NCBI RefSeq assembly: GCF_902713615.1
Contig: NC_052158.1
Span: 13,264,546 to 13,328,545 of the forward strand
Direction of reading: 5' to 3'
DNA from: Scyliorhinus canicula
Lineage: Eukaryota
Length of the DNA: 64,000 bases
Below are positions 48,147 through 59,016 of this stretch, piece by piece. The notes under the pieces are model-generated. The model searched no databases, was not told the origin of the DNA, and saw only the letters and a list, made by a program, of their open reading frames with translations. Every line of letters starts with the position of its first letter. Positions within the stretch are counted from its first letter, which is position 1. A program made the translations under genes and the position numbers.

Positions 48147-48739
48147 CAATTTCAACGATGTGGAGATGCCGGCTTTGGGCAACAGGAGATCCAAATACAC
48201 CAGGTCCACTGGATCACATTCTGCTAGTTACGTCCTTAATTTGCCAAACATTCTTTCCCTTTCATAAATCCACGTTCATTTTGCCCAATCCCGTTGATAC
48301 TTTCTAAGTGGCCATCACATTTATAATGGACTCTCGCATTTTCCTGACCAACAAACTATTATACGTTGCCATTCAAACTCATCTGCTTCACTGGTGGTCC
48401 TTGGGAGAAGGGAACCTTTCAATCTTACCCGATCTGGACTACACGTCACTCCAGATATGCAGCAATGTGGTTGACTCTTAACAGACCATTGAAATGACCT
48501 AACAAGGCATTCAGTTCAAGGACAATTAGGGTGGGAAACAAATGCTGACCCACTCACCGATATTCATGTCCCATGAAAAGAATAAGGAAAAAAAAATCAG
48601 TAGACATTTATTGAATTAATGGCGGTTAGGCAGTGTTACACTTATCATTTGTTTCAGCTCTGAAGGACATGGCAATCTATTAACATTTTACAAATTGAAA
48701 TTGTCTTATACAAAGGTAATATTATCGCTCCTCCGGCCT

Positions 48740-49380
48740 GTGAATCGGTAAGGGTGCTGACTGTTGGAGTCAGGGAGCCGTTTACGACAGAAGAAGGTCA
48801 TTCGGCCCACCGAGTCTCTACTGGCTCTCCATAAACAATCCAGGAAGTCCTGGCTCGACCCGTGCAGATTTATATAACTCAGGTACCTACCCAATTTCCT
48901 TTTGAAATTATTGTTTTTTCGCGCTTCCACCATCCTCCTGGACAGCGAGTTCCACTCGATGCATCGAACAAAAATCTTCCTCACATCCGTCCCCCGCACC
49001 TCTTGCCCCAAACTTTACACTTGTGCCACCCACCCATCCCCCACCATCAACAAATGGTAATAGCTTTTCAACGTCTACCTTATCTAAACCTGCCACGACA
49101 TTGTGTACTTCTATCACATCTCCTCTCACTCTCCTTTGCTGCAAAGAGAATAACGCCAGCATCTCCGATCTAACCTTGTAGCTAGGTCCTCTCAGCGACA
49201 GAACCATTCTGATAAATCTCTCCCGTCACCACCCCAAAGGCCTTCACATCCTTGAGAAGGCGTGCTGACCAGAACTGGACGCAATACTCTAGTTGGAGCC
49301 TAATTAGATATTTACAAAGATTCAGCAGAACCTCTCTGCTTTTTTACTCAGTGGCTCTGCCTTTGAATCCCAAGATCCCA
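48740..49380 (-). mobile_element. Degenerate CR1 3' fragment
   Basis: LFSLQQRRVRGDVIEV-like translation in ORF 48908-49207. Confidence 0.7.
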
Positions 49381-50384
49381 AATGCTGTACCAAACACTCT
49401 CTGTGCTATCTTCCAGAACTAAACGCATGGGGTCACTGACCACGTCTGTCGCTGCACACGCTGTGTAACCGTGTCACTAAATCTCGAAAATACTGGAAAA
49501 GCTCAGCAAGCCTGGAAGCAAGTATGGAGAGAGATATGCTGTCGGGCCTGCTGGGGTCATCCAGCATTTTCTGCTTTTATTTCAGATTTCCAACATCTGC
49601 AGTATTTTGGCCATTCGATCTACATGACCTCTCCCTCTCCCTCTCCGCCAAAAACAAATCACCCTACACTTCCCTGGATAAAATTCCAACTGTGGCTGTC
49701 TGCCCATTCAGCTAGTCTAAGTCCTGTTGCAGTTGTTTAAAACATCTCGTCACTCCTCTATGTTTAAAACCGTCAGCAAATCTTCACGCTGTATTGTAAT
49801 ATCCATTTATAATGTCCTTTATAATAGGGACGCTGACGAATTGATTCAAATGTTTGTTTGCTTCATATTTCCAGTATTACCAGGGTAAATGATACGTAAA
49901 AATGCTGTTCACAATAGTGACTGTGCATGGGCGCAGCAGGAGTAATTCCACTGAGAGGAAAAAGGACGAGAACATAAAGCTGCTTAGAACACGTTCAGCA
50001 CAAGTTCACAGTTACATTGCAAAATCATCAAAATTAACTGCCGCCGCGTTCCTTCTTCACATTTATTCAGAATAAAATGAATTGATAGAGTTATATAAAC
50101 ATGGCCTAAGATAGTTAAGAGTGTCTGGAACAGGAGAAATATTTTCAACTGCTATTCTATAATAACTCTTCCAGATTATATTTCAAACCCGCCATCTCTA
50201 TCACTGAGAACAAGGGTAGAAGGAGCATGGGAACGCTACCAGTTTTAAGTTCCCCCTCAAGTTACATACCATGCTGACCTGGGACTGTATTGGTTTCATT
50301 CTCTGTCGCTACGTCAAAATCATCTTCGAAATCCCTCCCCACATCATATGGACTGCACCGCCTTCTTAAGCACAATTCGAGATG

Positions 50385-50700
50385 GGACGGCATGGTGGCA
50401 CAATGGTTAGCGCCAGGGAACTGGATTCAACTCCGGCCTTGGTTGACTATCTGTGTGGAGTTTGCACGCTCTCCCCGTGACTGCGTGAATTTCCTCCGTG
50501 TGCTCCGGTTTCCTCCCACAGTGCAAAGCTGTGCAGGTTAAGTGTATAGGCTATGATCACTTGCCCCTTAAGTATTCAAGGATGTGCAAGTTCGGTTCCA
50601 GGGTTAGGGCGGGAAGTGGGCCGAGGTACGGTGTTCTTTCAGAGGGTCAGTGCGGACTCGATGGCCGAATGGTCTCCCTCTGCTCTGAGAGATTCTATGG
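50385..50700 (+). mobile_element. HE1/V-SINE (degenerate)
   Basis: Head, V-core and tail. Confidence 0.8.
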
Positions 50701-51378
50701 ATTTCCACGGGCCAAAAACTCAGCAGCCCCTCACATTCCATGAATGAATAAAAACCGCGAATGCCTAAGTCAATAACGGTGTCTGATAACGTAGCAATAT
50801 CTTGCTAGAAGTCTGTATAATATCTTGCAATAATGCAAAACGTCCAACTCAGCAAACAATCATTCTTCTGTGAGCGCTATTTAGATATCAATAGGTTGGT
50901 GGTGCGTTTACTGCTCCTCCTGTCCGAAGACAGTCTCGGGTTGAAACTGACCCTATCGCGCATTAAGAAAGTCAATCCGTCTCACGGGGCGGAGTAAATA
51001 CTGTAAAAATACTTTGTTGAAAATGTAACTTATTAATTAGCCGACATGGCTTCTATTTCCACTTGGCAGTCATCACATTTCAATAAAGAGAAAACCATGA
51101 TATTTAATAATGTCAATTATTGTCAATTCAATAATGACGAAGCCATTAAATAAATTTTAAATAACATTGTAAATTAACATTGTTTCCTCACTCATGGTAA
51201 GCGGCGCATCTATTTCTAAGTGTTGCTGACTCTGGCTGAGGTTCCTATATTGCGCGAGCCCCTGAAAAACACCTTTTTAAAAACTACATGGGCACACTAA
51301 CAGTATTTCTACATGAAACAACAAGCTAACCAGACGAATAAAGTTAAGGGGCAGTAATAGTGAAGCAAATTAACTTAC

Positions 51379-51436
51379 CGCAGATTAGAATCGGCAGCAT
51401 TACAATGATGTTGATGATTTTATTGCGTGTAGACAT
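51379..51436 (-). CDS. NCR3: NKp30/NCR3-like receptor gene B, exon 1 (signal peptide MSTRNKIINIIVMLPILIC)
   Basis: ATG with A at -3; 19 codons plus 1 nt; donor G|gtaagt. Joins the V exon in frame (G+CC = Ala). Same 58-nt length as the gene A leader. Confidence 0.85.
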
Positions 51437-51449
51437 GTTTCTGTTCCCA

Positions 51450-51660
51450 TAGGTGTGGTGGTGATGGTCTGTGAGTCTGTGTGTGTGTGGGAGGGGGGGG
51501 GGGGGGGAGGGGGTGTTGTGTGGGGGGGGGGGGGGGGGGTGTCAGGAAGTTCACAGGGCACACTGCAGCTGCTTGACCAGACTATAAGTCACACACGCCA
51601 AGAATGAAGGCGTTACTTTCACGAGAGGCTAAACTCATGTTAATCAACCACAAAGCCACT
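51450..51660 (-). promoter_or_regulatory. Putative gene B proximal promoter with ETS and RUNX motifs and G-tracts
   Basis: CAGGAAGT at 51543-51550, TGTGGT at about 51454, AACCACA at 51646-51652; poly-G runs at about 51490-51540. Confidence 0.35.
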
Positions 51661-51699
51661 GATGTTGCCCTGAATTGCAAAATATGATAAGTATAGACA

Positions 51700-53340
51700 G
51701 AAAAAATAAATTCAAGACAATAAAAGGTTACATCCGTGAAAGCGAAGAACAAGGTCGAGGCTTTTAATGACTATTCTCCATCCCTCTTCAACAAAGTGGG
51801 GGTGATTGCAAACATTTGGGCCAACAGACAGGATTGTGTAATAATGGGAGGGGTAAACATAGCGATGGGGTGGAGGGAGAATGGCTGGGGGCCTTTATGT
51901 ATTTAACATTTTATGAAAATGGATACATCACCAGACCCAGATAAAATCTCTCCTCAGCTGTCGAAGAAGGGGAATAAATTGTGAAAGCTCTGGGCATATT
52001 CTTCCCATCCTCTTTGGCAACAGGGTTGGTTCCCGAGGACTAGAGGCCTCCGAGCATCCAGCCTTTGATTAGAAAGGGAAGAAAAGGATAGATAGAGTAA
52101 TTGCGGGCCAGTCAACCTAAAGTTGGTGCAGGACAAGTTATTCAAAAAGTTCTGAGGGACAGTGAACCATAATTTAGAAATGCAGCCATGAATGCAGGCA
52201 AGTCAAAACGGGTGTGTTCGGTCGTGTGCGACTGACTTGATTGAATATTATGAGAAAGGGGAAGAGCAAGGAGGCAGCACAAAGTTAATGCTATTTACAT
52301 GGATTTTTATCAAGGCTTTTGATTTGGTCCCACATCATAGAACATAGACATAGAACATAGAACAGTACAGCACAGAACAGGCCCTTCGGCCCTCGATGTT
52401 GTGCCGAGCAATGATCATCCCACTTAAACCCACGTAACCCGTATACCCGTAACCCAACAATCCCCCCATTAACCTTACACTACGGGCAATTTAGCATGGC
52501 CAATCCACCTAACCCGCACATCTTTGGACTGTGGGAGGAAACCGGAGCACCCGGAGGAAACCCACGCACACACGGGGAGGACGTGCAGACTCCACACAGA
52601 CAGTGACCCAGCCGGGAATCGAACCTGGGACCCTGGAGCTGTGAAGCATTGATGCTAACCACCATGCTACCGTGAGGCCCCAAATGGTAAGAAACAGGAG
52701 CCATGGGATTTAAGGGTGAGAACCGTTCAAAACTGATTCAGTGGCAGGAAGCTAATGGACCCTGGATAGGTATCCAAAACTCACTGTTTCAAAGGGTAGT
52801 TGAGGCAGAAACTCGCAGCACATTCAAAACATAGCACTTGCACGTATATATAAAGTGACGTGTAAGGTTCTGGGCATGGCAAAACAGGTCATATGTGATT
52901 ACACAAAGAGGAAGTGCGAAATTGATTTACAAGAATTTCTTTAGCAATTGAGAATTGTAGCGACTAGGAAACATCGAGTAGTCAGGGTGGTTAGCTCTGG
53001 AACAGAGGAAGCTGAGTGGAAATTTAATTCTAGTGTGAAAATTATGAGGGACCAAGACAGAGTGAATAGGAAAGACCTTGTTAGCTTTTCGCAAATGTGT
53101 ACCTGTGTTGTTGATTTAAAACAATTCCAAGAAGAATTAGAGGGAAATTCAAAATAATATTCACCCAGACGGTGCTGGTGGCCTGGAATTCATTAATTGA
53201 CAGGATGATCAGGACCCTCATCACATTGAACACCAAATGGATATGCTCCTGAAATGCAAGGACCTACAGGGCTCTGAGAAAAGAGCTGCAAAATGAAATG
53301 AAGTAGTTTAACTCTCTGGGGCACACATGGCCCATTCGCA
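51700..53340 (+). mobile_element. Degenerate CR1 ORF2 fragments interrupted by HE1
   Basis: ...atgctatttacatggatttt...aaggcttttgatttggtcccaca (YMDF.KAFD.VPH). Confidence 0.7.
52337..52682 (-). mobile_element. HE1 young subfamily
   Basis: Near-identical to 5791-6130. Confidence 0.92.
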
Positions 53341-53824
53341 CAGAATGCCCTTCTTCTATGACATACATTTCCTCGGGTTATACGTTTTTATGTATTGTTG
53401 AATAAGAGACATGCAGTCGAAGCTTTCCGTCTTGCACTTATCAGGAAGCATTCACCACGGTACCAAACTCAAAGGGAACAAACATGGCAACGTCTCTGCC
53501 AATTATGATCCTCTTGGCAACCAATCACCAGCATCCTGACAGGCAGTGTAAATTGTTGTTCCCTTTCAGAATTGACACTCTTGCATGTGTCCTGAAGAAT
53601 GAAATATGAAAAGCTTCAACAGCATGCCTCCTTTTGGAGCAATGCTCAAGCCCAGTACTGCCAACTGACAATGTGCTTCTCTCCACTCTCTAAGAATGGG
53701 ATCAAAATCTTTAGGATCTCCGGATATTGATTCCAACCCTTAACTTCTCTTTCCAGAAGAAATGTTAGAATGTAATTACATAAACACGTTGTCTTCTCCT
53801 GAGGAGGATTTCGTCATTACTTAC

Positions 53825-54160
53825 AGGAAAACAGTACTGAGCAGTTAGAGCTGAGTAATAATCACAGCTAAACCCCCAGGGACGTTGACACAGATACATT
53901 GACCACTGTGGTCAGAGTTAGCAGTATCTGAAAGTCCGCCCCCTCCTCCAAGACTGGGGACAGCAAGAGACAACAATGATATTCATTCCATTGTGACTGA
54001 GACTGAAATCAAGCTGACACAGACACATATAAACAAAACAGAAACTTTAAAGCTCATTTATGGCCAAACGTGTCTGTGCCTGCTGAAAAATTGCAATCCA
54101 ACTTTAACTCATTTTGCAGCTCATATTCCATGTCCCAGTCGGTTATGGCACTTCAGCGGT
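53825..54160 (-). pseudogene. Candidate degenerate V exon upstream of gene B
   Basis: LKLDCNFSAGTDTFGHK* has TGA at the expected Trp position (13 codons after Cys 54095). DHSGQCIC-VNVP (Cys 53892) lies about 68 codons from the first Cys, followed by TQL and a gtaagt donor at 53824. One frameshift plus stops. Confidence 0.38.
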
Positions 54161-54488
54161 TTATCTATTTAAAAAAATACGATGAGGTATTCTGCCTCTG
54201 CCAAACATTTAGCCTGTGCTTTCCAGTACCTAGCACCGACTAGAGGAAAGTATTTAACCTCAACGCCCCTCTCATCCTTCGATCAGTTTATTTAGATATG
54301 TGCTTTCAGGCAGCACTCCATCTAACAAGGGACTGGGCCTTCCTATTCACACCATCTAGGCTTCTCATAATTATGGACACCATAATTACATCTTTCCATG
54401 ACCTCTTCCGTTCCAAAGATAACAACCACAGACCATTCAACCTTTCCTCATCGCTAGCATTCTACATCCTCCTAAATCTCCTTTGTAC

Positions 54489-55477
54489 TGTAGCCACCTA
54501 AGATGGACACTGGGCTACAAAATGGAGAACTGCTAAGGCTGCAGGGAAAAACAGTCTTAGCAAGGACAAGCAGTTTGCAGGAGACTAATTAGCATTCTGC
54601 ACGTACAGAAACCAGTTTTTGGCCAGGTGCAGTTTCAGCCAAAGGTGTAAATGGCAACAAGATCTACATAGTAATGAGGTGATCCAGATCCAGACCCCGC
54701 ACAATAGAAACATTTAAGTATCAATAGATACTTTTGAGTAGACGCCCAGACAGAACGGCACCACTGTATCCAACACAAAGAACCATAGGGACAGCACACC
54801 CATCGAGAAACGACCCTCAGATTGGGGGGGTTTGGAAGATATCGATTGGGAAAGGCCCAATCGATACATGGCAGGTAAAAGGCCTGCCCTGAAGGGGCAC
54901 GGACTTCTAGGAACTATAAAAGCAGACCCCGCACATGGTTCGGTCTGTTTGGCTCCAGCTCTCTGCTTTGGCTCCGGCTCTGACTGCTACTTTTGCTCCA
55001 GCTCCGCTTTGCTGCTACATCGCATCCTGACTCCAGTTCCATCACCAGCCGTTGAGCCATCAGCCATCGAACTGTAAGTGCCAATACAACGATCGCTACA
55101 TGATCCAGACCTTGCTAGATCCTGACAACTTTAAGTACCTGAGAGTTGCAGACCAAGAACGGGACGAAGGCTTTGCTCCCTGACCTTGCCTGTTCCTGTC
55201 TAGATAAGTATTTTAGTTGTTTAGTATTAGAAGTAAGTTAGTCTCTTTAGCGTATGCATGTGTATTTATTATATTTGTCATAATAAATATCAATCGTTTG
55301 GACTTACTAATCGGTGTACAGATTTATTACTTTGAACCTGACCTTGATATACTTGTGAGGTGTCTAAATACGGCACCTGGCGACTCCTGAGCATAATTAC
55401 ATACACAGAGCCATAGTAGTGTTAAGCACGGCCTTTAAACGGAGGTGTGTTAATACACTCCAGTAAAACGAGCAACA
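54489..55477 (+). repeat. 5' LTR (989 nt)
   Basis: Starts TGTAGCC, ends AGCAACA; internal TATAAAA and AATAAA. Manual count versus the 3' LTR: about 22 substitutions and 3 small indels. Confidence 0.95.
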
Positions 55478-55482
55478 TTTAG

Positions 55483-55502
55483 TGGCGACATCCTGACGGG
55501 AC
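55483..55502 (+). other. Primer-binding site (TGGCGACATCCTGACGGGAC)
   Basis: TGG-starting motif 5 nt after the 5' LTR. Loosely resembles the recalled complement of a tRNA-Arg 3' end; tRNA identity uncertain. Confidence 0.6.
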
Positions 55503-55787
55503 GCGGTTACAAGTGGCACCCCCACTCCGTCAAGGACCCAGAAATTTGAATTGGAAATCTGAGTAAAGAAAAAGGAAAAATCACAAGTAATCAAGGTGTT
55601 CAAACGAATAAATATAATTCAGAAGTGTGTTTTGTGCATGCGTACTCACAGGGTTGTAAGGAAAACCTGAGAGCTTTTGTTGCGACGATCTGTCAGGAGT
55701 TTTGTGAGCGGAACATAGCGTAAGCCTTACCCGTCTTGTAAAACATAACCTCAACACCCCCTGTTCCAAATTTAAGAGAAAGACAAA

Positions 55788-57184
55788 ATGGCCATGCAGG
55801 CAATGGAACGCCTCATGAACCCAGAACGGTTTGTGGTCGCAGCGACCAGCAGTAGCCGAGTAGGGCAGTGTCCCGTGTGGGAGCTGGAACTCCGCAAGTA
55901 TCTGCAAGGAAAGGGATGGCCCCTTTGGAAAGAGTTCTGTATGAATGAGGAGACAGGTCCCGGAAGTATAGGACATACTTGGTGGGAGAACCTCTCTCAA
56001 ATTCATAAGAAAAACCTTAGTAAATCACGCAAGCCTATGGCAATCGTGTCCTGTTTGGCACAGTTGCGAGGCACTGAGGAGGTCGTTCAGACGCTCCGGG
56101 CAGAATTAGAAGAACGAAATAGGATGAGCAAAGTGGATGTCAGGGACATCGTGAAGGAGAATATGGAACTTAGAGGGAAGCTGGCAGAGAAGGGTAGCGA
56201 GGTGGATGATGCCAAGAGGGCACATCAGTCATGTCTAGCCCATCTGAGCAGTTCCCAGACCCAGTATGAAAAGGCCTATCAGGACGTGCAACGTGCCGTC
56301 CTGATAAGAGAAGAATCAGAGAAGCAGGTAGAGGCATTGCAGAGGCAATGCTCTGACCTTAAGGCAGCGTTAAGAGCACTCCATGCTGCCACCACAGAAC
56401 AAAGACAAAGTACAGTGGATCATGCGAAGTGTAGAAAGCAGATTGCGGAACTGCAATCTCTGCTTTCAGTGCAGAATGGGTTCCAAAGTACTTTTGGAAC
56501 GCAGTTAGATGAGAATGCCCCAGACTGGCAGGAATTAAGTGAGACAGGGGCAGCACGGTGGCACAGTGGTTAGCATTGCTGCCTACGGCGCTGAGGACCC
56601 GGGTTCGAATCCCGGCCCTGGGTCACTGGCTGTGTGGAGTTTGCACATTCTCCCCGTGTTTGCGTGGGTTTCACCCCCACAACCCAAAAGATGTGCAGGA
56701 TAGGTGGATTGGCCACACTAAATTGCCCCTTAATTGGAAAAAATTGGGCACTCTAAATTTAAAAAAAAAAAAAAAAAAGTGAGACAGCACAGCACTATGT
56801 TCAAGGAACATGTGCGCCAGCAGCGCAGCAGAAAAGACAAGCACCCCAACCCCCCACAGATCAGATAGCTACCGTACCCATGAATCCAGTCACCACCCAA
56901 AGGAAAGCAACCACAGAAGGCGCACCCGATATCACCTACACCACCCCCTTAACTGTAACCCAACTCAGTGATGCGTGTGAGAAAATCACTCCGTTTCTCC
57001 CCACCGCAGACCCCCACCAATTTTTCGCGAAAGTAAAACAACAGGCAACCATGTACGGCCTGGACGAGAGAGAGCAGGTTAAGCTCACGGTTCTGAGCTT
57101 AGACCAGTCTGTTGTAGCAGCCCTCCCCGACCCACAGAACGTTGGAGGAGGCACACTAGAGGAAATCCACACCTCCATTTTAGA
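55788..57184 (+). pseudogene. gag-like ORF interrupted by a SINE (56548-56776) and truncated near 57185
   Basis: The 261-aa ORF at 55788 and the ORF at 56880 are in one frame once the SINE and one TSD copy are removed (...QELSET-AQHYVQG...PMNPVTT...). Long coiled-coil, then a capsid-like region. Confidence 0.8.
56548..56776 (+). mobile_element. HE1, poly(A)-tail subfamily, inserted in gag
   Basis: TSD AAGTGAGACAG at 56537-56547 and 56777-56787; long poly(A). Confidence 0.95.
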
Positions 57185-57820
57185 TGTTTTGTTTGTTAGT
57201 TTATGTTTGTTTGATTGTTGATATGTTAAGGGTTTGATTGCAGATCTTTTCAGCTGAAAAGATTGTGACCACCTCACATTATCGCTACAATGTCTGGAGC
57301 ACAGCTCAACTTTTCACAAGAAGCATCTTGGCTCCTCCCTTGTTTTTAGGTGCCCCTCTATTCGGCGAATAGAGGCTGCAAACCCACGGTTAACACATTC
57401 TTGCCCGTTCATTCCAGGTTACTGAGGCAGTGGAGAAACGGCACTGAGGACCCGCCCTGTCTGAGAACCCACTTTGGTCAGCCAAGCTCGGGTACGGCAC
57501 AGCACGCCTTACCCGGGGATCCCATCCAAATCTTATCCGTAGCAGCCCATACGCAACCCATTCGACCTTTCGTTTAAAAATTTGTTTCATTTTACGTTAG
57601 GCAGCCCTTAGGCCGCCACCCCACATGCTATTTACACCCAGGAACATTCGGATGGTAAATTTGCAAAGCCTGCGAGATGGCTCGCAGGAGGAAAGTTGTT
57701 AGGTGTATTCTGTTCCTAAATTCGCTTTTGAAACAAAAAAATGAGGGGAGTCACAGGGTGTGACTTGGCCGGTCATTTAATGGGTCAATTGGAATGAGAG
57801 GACAGATACACTAACAAGTA

Positions 57821-58178
57821 GGGGGCAGCATGGTAGCATGGTGGTTAGCATAAATGCTTCACAGCTCCAGGGTCCCAGGTTCAATTCCCGAGCTGGGTCA
57901 CTGTCTGTGCGGAGTCTGCACGTCCTCCCCGTGTGTGCGTGGGTTTCCTCCGGGTGCTCCGGTTTCCTCCCACAGTCCAAAGATGTGCGGGTTAGGTGGA
58001 TTGGCCATGCTAAATTGCCCGTAGTGTCCTAAAAAAGTAAGGTTAAGGGGGGGGGGGGGGTTGTTGGGTTACGGGTATAGGGTTGATACGTGGGTTTGAG
58101 TAGGGTGATCATGGCTCGGCACAACATCGAGGGCCGAAGGGCCTGTTCTGTGCTGTACTGTTCTATGTTCTATGTTCT
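57821..58178 (+). mobile_element. HE1 young subfamily inside the LTR element
   Basis: TSD AAGTA; (ttctatg)n end. Confidence 0.93.
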
Positions 58179-58309
58179 AAGTACGGATATTAAAACTGTG
58201 TATTGACAGATACTGTGCTTGATCCCATAGCTTTCGAAGGACGAAAGAGGGTTCACGGCAAGGATGGGCCATACAGGAGGAAGAGCACAAAGAGAACGAA
58301 GAGAAGACC

Positions 58310-58654
58310 ATGATGGAAGCCTACCTATTACTGTTAAATGTTGTATTTGTATATGTGGAAGCAAGTCACGTTTCCCCCACAACCCCAGCCGTCAATGTTT
58401 CCCTCACACCAACTCCCCCGTGCGCAGCTCTGATCACCGAAGTTCAGACCTGGTGCACAAAATTTATGACATGGTATTCAATGTCGTACGTGATTGAATC
58501 ACTGCTGGTGATTGCAATCCTCTGCATAATTGTACAGACCCTCAGGTTGAGGAAATGGAGAAGGAGAGCCTCCCGTTCCTGCCCCTCAACCATCTACGGA
58601 GTTCGATCCCCTATTTTTCGGTTTCATCAATCCCCCTTGCCCCTTGATGAATAA
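58310..58654 (+). CDS. 114-aa small type-I membrane protein in the env/accessory position of the LTR element
   Basis: Signal-like N-terminus MMEAYLLLLNVVFVYVEA; T/P-rich ectodomain with an NVS sequon and 2 Cys; TM YVIESLLVIAILCIIVQTL; polybasic RLRKWRRR. Confidence 0.65.
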   Translation: MMEAYLLLLNVVFVYVEASHVSPTTPAVNVSLTPTPPCAALITEVQTWCTKFMTWYSMSYVIESLLVIAILCIIVQTLRLRKWRRRASRSCPSTIYGVRSPIFRFHQSPLPLDE

Positions 58655-59007
58655 AGCAATATGTTAATAAAGACACTAATGTATTATATTGTTCTGAACT
58701 CGACTGCCGAGTCAGAAAGTGATATGTAATGTGGTGTGAATGGATAAGGTTTTTAGACTGTAATAAAATGTTTAAAGTAAGATAAGGATAGTACTTGTGA
58801 TAGGTAGAGGTTCCCGGTTATTGGTAATGCATGTCCCCTTTTCACATAGCGCCAAGTAGAAATGTCAGATAAAATTTTTCTTGCCATAGATAAAGACAGA
58901 GTAGACGCCCAGGAACTTGCTAAGGTCAGGGAACACAAAGAGGGCACCCAAAGGCACTCGAGGAAACGTGCATAGGTGATCTTTCACAATTTCTTGTGAG
59001 GATCACA

Positions 59008-59016
59008 AGGAGGGAA
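59008..59016 (+). other. Polypurine tract
   Basis: AGGAGGGAA immediately before the TG of the 3' LTR. Confidence 0.85.
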
